DNA of 20,000 nucleotides from Rhizaria sp. SCN 62-66 (taxonomy: Eukaryota), in assembly GCA_001724265.1 (NCBI GenBank), contig MEDY01000110.1, positions 58,040 to 78,039 of the forward strand, written 5' to 3'. The translations under genes and the position numbers were made by a program. The notes below the pieces were generated by a model. The model made no database searches. It was not told the DNA's origin and saw nothing but the letters and a program-made list of their open reading frames with translations. Shown here piece after piece: positions 1-11,390 of this stretch. Numbering within the stretch: the first letter of the stretch is position 1; every line of letters begins with the position of its first letter.

Positions 1-1339
1 GTCGCGTGCTGTGTGAAATTGCAACGGCGGTGGCGAGGACGCGTTCGAGGACAGGGCGGCTCAACACATGAGTACACCCGCCGCGCTTCGCACTGTTAGC
101 TGCGATCGCGGAGGGGGCGAGCGCGCGCCAAAGAGTTGTTCCCGCCTCATAGTCCGTACAGGGCTGCTAAGGACACTGCTCGCAGTTGCCACATGCGTTA
201 CAGTCACTCGTTGAAGCATCCGCAGTGGGGTCGCTGTCGGAGCCCTTGCTCTCGAGCGCGACGTCGCCGAGCGCCCTCAACAGCACGCTCCGGACGTTAC
301 CACCGACGTTCTTCTTGTCGACGCCCATTGCCGCAATGACGTGCCCCGTCGTCAGGTGCGCAGGCGTCTCCACAGGCAGCTTGTACGCCCGCAGCACGCG
401 CTTGGCGCGCTCCACCAGCGCCACGTCGGTCAGTGCGCCGGTGCGGGCCGCGATCTCCAGCTCGAGCACAAGCCCGACGCTGACGGCCTCGCCGTGCAAC
501 AGGTCCGGCGTCGCCAACGCCTCAAGCCCGTGGCCCAGCGTGTGGCCCGCGTTGAGGACCGCGCGCACCCAACGCTCCTGTGGGTCCGCGCTCACAACCG
601 CGGCCTTGACTCGCGCAGTGTCGTGCAGGATGCGCCGCAGTGTCAGGGGCTCGCGTTGGGTAAGTACCTGGGCCGCGGAGGCCTCGCAGAGCGCAAAGAG
701 CGCGGGCGCAGCAATGAGGCCCGTCTTGATCACCTCAGCCATGCCGTTAGAGAGCTCGCGCAGCGGCAGCGTGGTCAGGAAGAGCGGGGACAGCAGCACG
801 GCCAGCGGGTGGTGGAAGGCACCGATAAGGTTCTTGCCCTTGGCGGTGTCGATCGCAGTTTTCCCGCCAATCGCGGAGTCGACCATAGCGAGCAGTGTGG
901 TGGGGATCTGAATACAGGGCACGCCGCGCATGTAGGTCGCAGCAATGAAGCCCGCGAGGTCGCCGATCACGCCGCCGCCGAGCGCGATGATGACGGTGTC
1001 GCGGCCGCAGCGGTGCGCCAGCAGAGTGTCTTCGCAGTGGGCCTTGGCGGCGCGGGACTTGCTGGATTCGCCCGCAGAAAAAACGTGCTGGATAACGCGG
1101 CGCGAGGACGGGAGCAACGCCGACAGGGCTGAGGCGAGGGACGGGGCGAAGAGCAATGACGTGTTGTCATCAGACAACAGAGCGAAAACGCCGGCGGACG
1201 GCGCGAGGGAAAGAATACGCGCTGCAAGCGCGGGGTAAAGTTCGGGCAAGGAGGAACTGTTGTCAAACTCAATTGGATAGTGGAATCCGGTGCCAGACAC
1301 CGTGATCACTTCAGCGGGATTGCCGAGAGGGGCCGACAT
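1..1339 (-). CDS. ARO1: 3-dehydroquinate synthase domain, probably the N-terminus of a pentafunctional AROM protein; 3'-partial, interrupted by in-frame TAG at 167-169
   Basis: ORF 167..1339 has the DHQS motifs [71 protein letters not shown] and DKKN, which resemble fungal AROM DHQS. My translation past the TAG stays open to the window edge (QPCTDYEAGTTLWRALAPSAIAANSAKRGGCTHVLSRPVLERVLATAVAISHSTR). The last part resembles the terminal DHQS helix and the linker to EPSPS. The AROM fusion itself is an inference, since the EPSPS domain is not in the window. Confidence 0.8.
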
Positions 1340-1635
1340 CGAAGGCCGTCGTCCGGACCGCTAGACGAAAAGTGTGCATATTAGAGCGCGAGAGAGTTTC
1401 TTAGTAGTGTTATTTAAAGAGAGTATATTATACACAAGATAAAATTACATATCCAAAGATCGCATAATTTAACGATCATTTGCGCGGGATATCGCTTTTG
1501 ATAATCGTGGACCACACGTTGCTGTCGGCAAGAAGCAGGCCGTCGCCGACCTCGGGCCGGGTCGTGATGATGCACCAAAATCTTTCTTCTGTTTGCGATA
1601 TCTTGATCGTGAGCGTCAGTGTTTTCACCGGAAAG
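1340..1635. promoter_or_regulatory. Probable compact bidirectional promoter/5'UTR region between DHQS/AROM and PPase
   Basis: Head-to-head start codons are only 296 bp apart, with an AT-rich core at ~1395-1480. Inferred from gene geometry only. Confidence 0.5.
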
Positions 1636-2932
1636 ATGTTCAGCAAGAGGTTGACTTCCAAGATCTTTGGACTGGCGTGCACTGCTTCGCTGTTTGCGCC
1701 TGGCGCCGCTCTTCCGGCTGCGACCCGGATCGCCCATCACGCCAAGCAGGTGTGCCTTCCCAAGTCGACCTTCGTCACGTATGCGCCCTATACCCATGCT
1801 AGCAAGGGCTACCGCGAGGAACGCCGTGTGTCCATCTTTCCCTCGACTGCGGACACGTCCGACGCCGCGAATGCCATCTCGCCCTGGCACGGTATTTCGC
1901 TCGTCGCCTGCCCCGTACGTTTGTTTTGTTGCTCCTCATCCTTCCACTTCAGATATCTCCGCGAGCTTGCATTCAATCCGTTCATTTGTTTGGTATAACA
2001 TTTAATTCTACGTGGGTAACTCTATAGGTCACTATTACGTTGTTTTGCTCTTTATGCGGCTTTGTAGATCAAGGGCACGTTCAACTTTGTGAACGAGATC
2101 CCGAAGGGGACGCGCGCCAAGATGGAGATCTCCACCACCGAGGCCTCAAATCCCATCAAGCAAGACATCAAGAACGGCAAGCTCCGCGAGTTCGCCTACG
2201 GCAAGATCCCCTTTAACTACGGCGCGCTGCCGCAGACGTGGGAGAACCCTATCCTGTCGCACCCCGTCCTCGGTCTGCAGGGCGACAACGACCCCGTCGA
2301 TGTGGTCGAGATTTCCACCGGCGCGCTCCCCGAGGGCGCTGTGATGGAGGTCAAGGTGCTCGGTGCGCTGGCGCTGATTGACGAGGGCGAGGTCGACTGG
2401 AAGGTCATCGCTGTCGACGCACACTCGCCGCTCGCGACCAAGATCGATGACGCCGATGACTTGGAGAACGTCATGCCCGGGGTCATTTCCTCCATCCGCG
2501 AGTGGTTCAGGAAGTACAAAACCGCGGACGGGAAGCCCGAGAACACGTTTGGGTTTCACGAGGCCGTCATCTCGGTCAAAGAGACCAAGGAGGTGATCGC
2601 TGAGACGCACCAGGTACAAAAAGCTCAAAAAATTATTTTATTTCAGAATTTATATCGTGTGTATGAGCTTCAACCTTTGTATTACTATATTTATATATGA
2701 GACTTAGTGATGTGAACATGTAATTCCATTTTATTGCTCTATCTTACCACTCTGACTTCCTATCCTCTCTTTTGTGCCTGTATAGGAGTGGCGCAAGCTC
2801 GTCAACGGCGAGGTCAAATGCGACAAGGCCGCCGCCCTCTGGGTCGGCGGCGTCGTCCCCACTGCGCAGGTTGCTGCGCCTGGCGCTGCGGCGACTGAGT
2901 CGACGGAGCTGTGCGAGGAGAACAATCAATGA
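1636..2932 (+). CDS. PPA: Family I soluble inorganic pyrophosphatase, ~323 aa, possible mitochondrial presequence; exons 1636-1914, 2068-2613, 2786-2932
   Basis: Motifs ISPWH (exon 1), EIPKGTRAKMEI, NYGALPQTWE, GDNDPVDVVEI, LIDEGEVDWKVI, WFRKYK-ADGKPEN. Two phase-0 GT-AG introns (1915-2067 GTACGT..TGTAG; 2614-2785 GTACAA..TATAG) join in frame. Ends EENNQ-TGA. The first ~58 aa lack D/E and are rich in R/K/S/A. Confidence 0.9.
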
Positions 2933-3391
2933 GTGCACGTGTGGATACGTGCGATGGTGCGTCGGTAGCAGACTTCTTCTGTCTAAAGCTTGCGTAGAGG
3001 AGTTCAGGAGTTGGTATTCGGGTTTATCCTTGTCTGTTTCGTTAAATATGTTGCTATTTTTCTCACTATTAATTCAATACAATATAGTTTCGTCATACTA
3101 GTCCTGCATAAGTCTATAAGCTTACAAATTTAACATATTTTTGGTTGCGTGATACTTACACATGAAGTGCTATTGGATACAATATATTATTTGGTATTTA
3201 TTACAATCGTGATTTTTTTAATCATCAAAACATCTTCTTTTTTCCCTTCCAACCATTCTCTCGGCCGACATAGTCACTTTCACACACTCACTTAAGCTAT
3301 CAACCTGAGGTCAACCCAAGGCGGCGTTTCTAATGTAAGGCGAGTCCTATTGCACCAACGCATCCTGGCGTAGCAGCTTAGACAAAGTGAC

Positions 3392-5204
3392 TTAAGCGGA
3401 CATGTAGGTGGAGACCTCGATCTTCTCCGGCAGGGGCTGGATCTCAACCGTGAAGCGGTCCTGGACCTGCTTGAGCGTTTCCTTGTCCTCGTCCGAAGAC
3501 AGGAAGGTGATGGCGAGGCCCTTGGTGCCGAAGCGGCCGGAGCGGCCGACGCGGTGAAGGTACGAGTCGGGGTCCTTGGACATGTCGTAGTTGATGACGA
3601 TGTTGACGCGCTCGAAGTCGACGCCGCGGCCGAAGACGTCGGTCGACACCAGGATGCGCGCCTTGTATTCCTTGAAGTCGTTGTAGCGCTTCAGGCGCTC
3701 CTCCTGCACAGGCGCAAATCATCGCGAAGATGAGGAAAAACAAGAATAATTGAAACAAAAGTAATTGATGTAAGAGCGTGTTTGTGATGTACTTTTGATA
3801 GAATGATTGATACATAGTGAAACACGGGGAATGTAGCAGTAATGTTATGTCAAGGTTTTTGCAGTGCACGAACCTGGTTGAGGCCACCGTACATGGCGAT
3901 CGAGGGGAAACCGAACTCGTTGAGGAACTTGTTGAGTGCCTGGCAGCGGGACGGGGAGGAGACAAAGATGACGACCTGGTTGAACTCGAGAGTGTCGAGC
4001 AGGTCGTTCAGCTTGCGGTTCTTCTCAGCGTCAGTCAGCGCAACCTGTGTGAAAGAGACGTAAAGGGAGAACAAGCAAGAGTGGAAAAGTGAGATATTGT
4101 TGCAGTTTAGGTGCACAGTCACATCCAAACCGTGAGATAACTCAACATCATCACAATGACACGTGATATAGTTTTGCTATGAAAAACCTCGAGGATTGTT
4201 TCGGACGAGATATCTGAAGCGTTCGTACCTGGTACTGGAGGAGGCCGTGGAGGGTGAGCTTGGACTCGTCGTCGACGTAGACCTCGATGGGGTTGGGGGC
4301 CGTGAACATGCGCGCAATGGCGCGGACCTCCTTGGGGATGGTGGCGGAGAAGAGCATGACCTGCTTGTTGTGGGGGGTCTTCTGGAAGATCTGCTGGACG
4401 GTGCCGCGCATGTCGACCTCCTTGAGGAGCGAGTCGCACTCGTCGAAGATAACGCGCTTGACGTGGCTAACGTCGAGGTCCTTCTCCTCGACCAGTTGCT
4501 TGATGCGACCGGGGGTGCCGATCACGATGTGCGGCACCACGGACTTGAGCATGTCCTTGTGCTTCTGGACGGGGATGCCGCCGAAGTAGACATGGACTTT
4601 GATCTCGGGCATGTACTTGGCGAAGCGCATGAACTCACGGCAGATCTGATACGCGAGCTCGCGCGTGTGGCACATCACCAGGGTGTCGACCTTGCCGTCC
4701 TCGGGCTCGATCAGCTGCAGCGTCGCGAGCACAAACACGGCCGTCTTGCCGGTGCCGGCCTTAGCCTGGCAGATGAGGTCGTGGCCGTAGAGCGCCTAGA
4801 GACAAAACAGAATACAAAAAGAGCCGTGAGAAAAGACAGGGATTTTAAAATGTAGTCACATATATGGGTAGAAAACAACTAATTTTCGTGCCATGGCCAG
4901 ACGTTGTTTTGTTTTAGATCAGTTCAAGTTCCTAAGCATCGTGTAAAGAATCGTTGTGGAAGATGCATGAGTGACTGACCTGGGGCAGGCACTCCTGCTG
5001 GACCTCGGAGGGGTGCTCGAAGGAGCAGTCCTGGATAGCGGACATGATGGGAGCCTTGAGAAGCATCTCACGGAAGCCGGTGGAGACGACGCCGGCGTAG
5101 GAGCCCTTCTTGGCGGCCGCGGCCGACGACGAGGTCTTGGTGGTGGTGTCCTCCTCCTCCTCGTAGTCGACGTACTCCTCCTCAGCCTTAGGGTCAGCAG
5201 ACAT
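3392..5204 (-). CDS. UAP56: ATP-dependent RNA helicase UAP56/SUB2 (DDX39 family), ~424 aa; exons 5204-4980, 4795-4229, 4044-3874, 3703-3392
   Basis: Acidic N-terminus (VDYEEEED), [34 protein letters not shown] box, [44 protein letters not shown]. Three phase-0 GT-AG introns (4796-4979, 4045-4228, 3704-3873) give one continuous frame ending in TAA. Confidence 0.95.
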
Positions 5205-5959
5205 TGCTTCTTTTCTATAACGGTGGTACAACAACAGCAGTATCGACAGATCGAGGTCGCATTGGCAGGGTGACGAGTTTTCATGAGCGCAAGGGAGGCA
5301 GTTGGTTGAACACACAGGTTGAGTAGAGACGAGGCAAGATTAAGTGAGAAAAAGGTCAGATTTTTGAGTTAGGAGCGACGTCGTGAGAGATAAAACCCAA
5401 CTCTTGAGAATTCGAAAGAATAGTTTGTACAGAAAGAATGACAAGATTTGAAACAAAGAGCTGTGACAAGCTCTGGTCGGGGGATGCGGGCTCTCTCGAA
5501 GCCGAAATCAGACGTTAATCCTGGCTTTGCGCGACAAGATCCCTGCTTGACAAGCAGCATGGCATCATTTACAGGAATACCATGTTATAGAAATGCCAGA
5601 GTTGCATTTCCACGCAAATGCTAAGATCTGTCCACGATGTCTGTTTAGCACACGATATCTCGCTTTTGCAACATCTTTGTTCTCGTCCGTTCACTCTTCT
5701 CTCTGCCGGATCAATCAGTCAGTCGGTTGGTGGTGGGTCGTGGTGTGAGCGAGCAAATTTTGACGGTGAAGCGCCCAGACCGGGAGCCTAAGTTAGGCCG
5801 CCAGCCAAGGCACATGATCTTTGGAAGGCCTCAGCGCTTTAATAGTCACGTTATTTTGTTATGCCCGCTTATTTATGCATTTTACATTTCACAATCAATC
5901 TTTCTTGTGCTTTGTTTGGTCTCGTGCTCATGTGCGCTTTCTCCTGATGTCTTTTGCAG

Positions 5960-8900
5960 ATGCGAACGACGGCTGAGGCTCTGACGAGAGGCTCCGGCGT
6001 CTTGCTCGCTCTTTTGCTGGCGATTGCCGGCCTGGTACGTTCTTTCGATTCTGCTCGGAGCTGCACACCTCTTTTGCGTTGTTATACCGTCCTGCTGCAC
6101 CCCCTACCCGTCAAACTCATGTTGTATGACCCTGTGTTGTGACTTCTTTCGTTCCTCTCTGTGCAAAACCTAGGCTACGGCTACACGACAAGTCTCCATC
6201 TCGCTCCCAGCGACCACGGAGACGGTGTTGCAGTACAGCTCCCTGGACTTCTCGTTCAAGATTGTTCCCACGCTTCAGGGTACCAAGGACTTCCTCAAGG
6301 GCGACAAGGTGATCTTCGATATCCCTGAGCTGGCAGTCATGAGCAACCCCAGCTCCCCTGTCTCGTGCGACACTGCGTTCGAGGTCATTGATGACTCTCT
6401 TTCTCTTATCATCCCCAAGACGATGCTGCCTAACGAAGTCTTCACCGCAAAGTGCCACAACATCTTCCTTTTCGATAGGGTTTCCAACGCTAAGCTCGTC
6501 CGCGACGGCGCTCTCGTCACGTCCATCAGTGTCGTCGACAATTCGTTCGACTTTGACTACTCGAAGGGCTTTGCCGCCTCCAACCCTTTCACTGATCCCA
6601 CGCCTATCTCGTTTACCGCTGACTATGCCCGCACCGTCGGCGAGGTTCTTATCTCTGCCAGCAACGTCCCCGCGATCCGCAACACCGAGGTCCTGACTGC
6701 CACTCTCGGCACGGGCTATGCCGTCACCCCCAACGCCAAGTGTAGCATCAACGTGCCCGACTTCGACGTCCCCAACACTATCCCTGATCCGGAGCAGGTT
6801 ACGGTTAACGCTAAGGGGCAGCTCGTGCTCAAGTACCGCCCCGCGCAGCAGATCCTGCTGCTTCCCAGCAGCAAGCTCCGCGTCAAGTGCTCCGGCGTCC
6901 GCCTCCCGGCCAAGCCACAGGAGCGCACATTCGGCTCGCTGTCTCTCGGCACGCGCTCCCACAACTTTGTCGGCATCGCGCCCATCAAGCCGGCCAACCT
7001 TGCTGCGGGCGCGACGGGCACGTACGCGTTCCCTGCTCTCGTGCGCGGCGGCAAGAACCAGAACATTGTCTTCACGCCGCCCCAGAGCTCGGAGCTCGAC
7101 AAGTACACGTTCAACGCCGGTGACAAGCTCTACGTCGTTCTTCCTGACGCATCTTTAGGCATCACCAAGTCCACTGAGGCGCGCAAGTGCTCTATGGGCG
7201 GTGTTGCCCTCGCCACCAAGGCCCTGAACCGCAACTCTGATGAGGAGCTTGAACTGACCATTCCGCGTACAATGGTGCTGGGCGCTATCACTTGCAGTGG
7301 CTACGACACTCTTTTCTCGGAAATTCAATCTTACGATAGCTTTGGATGGTTCGCGTCTTCGGTGAATGTTGTGTTTTACTCTGCTCTCGGTGACGCGCTC
7401 GGTCTCTTCACTGCGGACTTCAGTGAAGCGTTGTCCTCGTTCAAGGACGCTGTCGCTGCCGATGGCACTTTTGTCGTGAACCGTGCTGAACGCACCATGA
7501 CCATTTCGATCCCTGTTCCTGCCAACTACAACGACGAGAAGGTTGACAGCGCTATCGAGGGCGTGATCGTGACATTCGACAAGGGTGACGCTGTTTCGTT
7601 GTTCCAATCCCTGACTGGCTCGACGACGTACCGCTGTACTGTGAGTCGTCTTAACACTGAGGTCGAGTTCAATTCGAATGACGCCACGAATAGCGTCACT
7701 GTTTCGTTTGACCATTCCATCCTTGCTCCTGGCAAGACAGTCCACATCAAGTGCCGTGACCTTCCTGTTGTTCTCGCCGAGTTCACGACTTCTCGCATTC
7801 GCTACAACCTGAAGTACTTTCTCCCCACTTCGATCTTGGCTGTGGCGTTTTCGGGTGCCCTCGTTGCTCCTCCCGTCTCTGCCGCCGAGTTCAGTGACGT
7901 GTCGATCACTTACGGCGCGCCTTACCCCGACGTCCTCAGCACTTTCAACATCTCCTTCGGCCTCCTCACGCAGCCTATCTCGACCGGCGTCGTCGTAATC
8001 GCGCTTCCCTCACCTTCCCCGTTTGCGCTCGGCAGTGACGTCACTGAGGTCTCTGAGGACCTCCAGATTTTTGCGGATGGTGAGTCGCTCACTACGATCA
8101 TTATCAGCGCAACCATCAACACGGTGCTTGGTACGATCACTATTCAGTTCGACGACGCCGATCTTCCCGCGTTCACGCACATTGTGCTCCGTTGGAATTC
8201 TCCGATCCGCATCAGCGGTAAGCGCGATGTGTCGACTATGCCTTACACGGTCGAGTCAACTAGTTCTGGTCTGGGTTCTAGTCTGAAAAAGCTCTTCATC
8301 TACGGCCGCGGTGTTTCCTCGTTCGGCGCCATCACCCCTGCGTTTGGCACTGTGTCCGTCTCCTCCGACAAGACTTCCCCGCTCACGTTTCGTGGTGGCC
8401 TGCTCAACAATAATAACGTTGACTTCATCGTCGTGTCCGATATTACCATTGCGATGGACTTTGTCATCAGCATCCCCATTACCGGTGCCAATGGCGCTGC
8501 GGACTGGACTTTCAAGCAGTGCGATACGAACTCCAACTTCGCCCGCCGCATCAGCGATGACGACAAGTTCTCGCTTCTTGTGGCGAAGCGTGAAATTCCC
8601 CGCGGCGAGCGCGTCGTCATCAACTGCAACGTCCATATCACCAAGCCCTCCTCGACCGCTATCAAGCGCGACATCATGATGAAGGGCAACGAGTTTGTGC
8701 ACGCGACCGGCGTGTTCGCCACCCAGGCCGTCGTTCCTGGCGGCCAGCTCTCGATCATGCCCTCCGGTGTGACCGCGCTGACGGTTGGTGTCCCCGGTGT
8801 GTTTGCTTTCACTCCGTCGATTGTGTTCCCGATGCTCGACGCCGTGGACGACGACACCAAGGTTGAGATCAAGCTTAAGTTCGCCGATCCCCGTGTCTCC

Positions 8901-11390
8901 GTGGTTGACTCTGCCGTGTTCGTGTGCAAGATCACGCTCCCCGACACGCACGCGTTCGAGAACGTCACTGACACTGTTATCGAGCTTCCCACTGTCTTCA
9001 CCGCTGGCTCTGCGCCCGCGCTCACGGTAACCGTCCCTGTGCGTAAGTACCTCACCGAGGATGTGCGTAACGCGGTCAAGTGCGATCAGATGGTCTTTGA
9101 TGTCGCAGTCCCTGCAACTGCGCTCAACGGTATTGCGGCGACGTTCACCAACACACAGTCGAATCGCGTGATTGCCTCCACTGACTCGCTGTCTTGGAAC
9201 ACCGTTAATGGGTATGCGAAGACGCTCTCGGTCTTGTCCCCCAATGTCGTTGTTTCCCCGATCATCTATACGACGAAGAACATCTTGGGCTACAACATTA
9301 CTCGGTACAACCATTCATCGCTCACATATGAGGCGAACTTTGGGAGCAACTTCACTGCCCTGCGTCAGGGTGATCATGTCGAGTTTAGGTTGGAGCAAGT
9401 GGAGATCGTGCCTGCATCGTCTATTACGACTCGCTTGACTGCTAACTCTGTGGAGCTTGTGCGTGTGAGTGTTGGATCGGATAGTCCGCCCCTGATCACG
9501 TTCCTTGTCCCGGTTGATGTTGCGACTGTTAATGGAACTGTGGTCTTTAACATTTTCGACTTTGTCGCCAGTTCCGGCAATTCGCCATCTCTTGACGAAC
9601 ACCTTGTTGGTCGTGCGAAGTACGGCCATGCTCGTTACGCTTCTCTCGACTACAATGGGGCTTTCATCACTGACTACGACACGATCGCTGAAGGAGTGCC
9701 TTTCACCGCCGAGAGTGTTTCCATCATCTCTAACACTTTCGATCTCGAGTTTGGTGTTGATGGTGCTGACACGGCGACTCTCACTGCAAATGTGTACTAC
9801 CCTATCACCATTCATCGCGCCACGAATCAGATTGCTTCGTTCGAAATCGGCCTTCAGTATACTGCTGCTACGCGTCAGTCGATGGGTTACGCTCCTTACG
9901 TTGAATTGTTTGAGAATGTTGCCGGCACCAATGCCAGTCTCCGCACATGTGTTTTGAACGACCAGCCCGAGCTCGGCAGCTTCACGTGGAAAGTGACAAT
10001 CACACCTAGTAGTCAGGCGTCCCTTGTTGTTTCCCCCACGAACCCGTCTTCCACGCTCCCCACCTTCGTTGGTGCTGGCACTGACGTTGGCTCGCGTGTT
10101 AAGTTCGTTTGCAACAACATCCCTACTCCTGTCGACCGTATCTTCGGTGTTCGTCCTAATGTCGGCGCGATCAAGAATGCCCGCCGTTGCCGGAACCGCC
10201 TGACGACGGATTTGTGCTCAGGTGCTTCCGACCCAGATATTATTTTTAACCATGCCCAGTCCCACATCCACAGCATTAACATCCCTCGCATTGGCGACCG
10301 TGTTCACTCTATCACGCCCGCCAACGTCACCGCTGGCTCCGACTTCGGCCTCCTCACCGTCGCCGTGTCCCCCGTCTCAGTTGACATCCCCGTCAACTCG
10401 TTCATGCGTGTCAAGCTCCCTCTGTCGTGGTCCATTTCCCCCTCGCTCACCTGCGTGGCGTCGACCCGCTCGTCTATCCCCGACAAGGCCGAGTACCCCC
10501 TCAAGGCCGTCTTCTCGCCCTACCCGGACACCGTGTCGTTCAATAAGGCGCGCTCCTGGGGTGCTGTCGCCGAGGGCTCTGATGCGCGTTGGTTCGAGGT
10601 CACGTTCTTGACGGACGTTCCCGCCACCGACGCGACTCTGAGCATCATGTGCAACAACGTCAAGGTCAGCGCGACGGTCGAGAACAACTCTGAGATTGAC
10701 CAGGCTATTGAGTTCTACGACGCCAAGCACCGCCGTCTTGCTGACACCGTTCACTCGATCTTCCCTAACATTGTCAAGTTCGCCGCGAAGCCCACCACGA
10801 TCGTCCAGTCGTTCGTCCTGTCGCGCAACACACCTCTGTCGGATGCCGAGATCGCGATCACGATTGCTGCCATCGCGGCCGTGCACCAGGTCCCCGTCGC
10901 TTCTGTCATCATTACGCGCCAGGCGCTGGCATACTCGGCCTCGGCCACCACCGACGTGGACAACCGCATCACGTCGTCCTCGGAGGACTCCCTCGCCACG
11001 CTCACGGTCACCTACACGGTCAAGCCGAAGCAGACTCTGGCCACTGAGGCGGAGAGCGCGGTCGCGTCCAGCACAGCTGCCGTTGCCGCCGCTGTCTCCA
11101 AGACTGCCCGCACCCCTGTTCTGCAGATGTCTGCCGTCAAGAGCTTCACCATCGACGCCTCGTGCACGGACGGCGTCATGAACAACTCCGAGACCGACGC
11201 CGACTGCGGCGGCGGCTCCTGCCCCGCGTGCAAGAACGGCTCCTCGTGCGCCGCCAACACGGACTGCGTGTCGGGCAACTGCTCTGATAACCTCTGCACC
11301 AGCCACCAAAACGCGGCTGCTGGCTCGGCGACGGTCGGCGCGGCTGTCATGGCCGCTATCATCGCCGCTGTCCTCGGCATGATGCTTTAA
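5960..11390 (+). CDS. Large (~1763 aa) predicted secreted, GPI-anchored cell-surface protein of unknown function; exons 5960-6034 and 6174-11390
   Basis: Exon 1 (MRTTAEALTRGSGVLLALLLAIAGL) looks like a signal peptide. A phase-0 intron 6035-6173 (GTACGT..CCTAG) joins it in frame to the 1721-aa ORF, whose codon bias matches the neighbouring genes. The C-terminus has a Cys-rich module, then NAAAGS and a hydrophobic tail with no cytosolic segment. Confidence 0.85.

Noticed and set aside
4045-4228. Possible C/D box snoRNA in UAP56 intron 2 (GTGATGA on the - strand)
   Set aside because: No downstream CTGA D box or terminal stem seen.
6117-11380. Multiple 130-350 aa antisense and alternative-frame ORFs within the surface-protein gene (likewise within DHQS, UAP56 and aconitase)
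   Set aside because: Expected in high-GC3 coding DNA; no motifs recognised.
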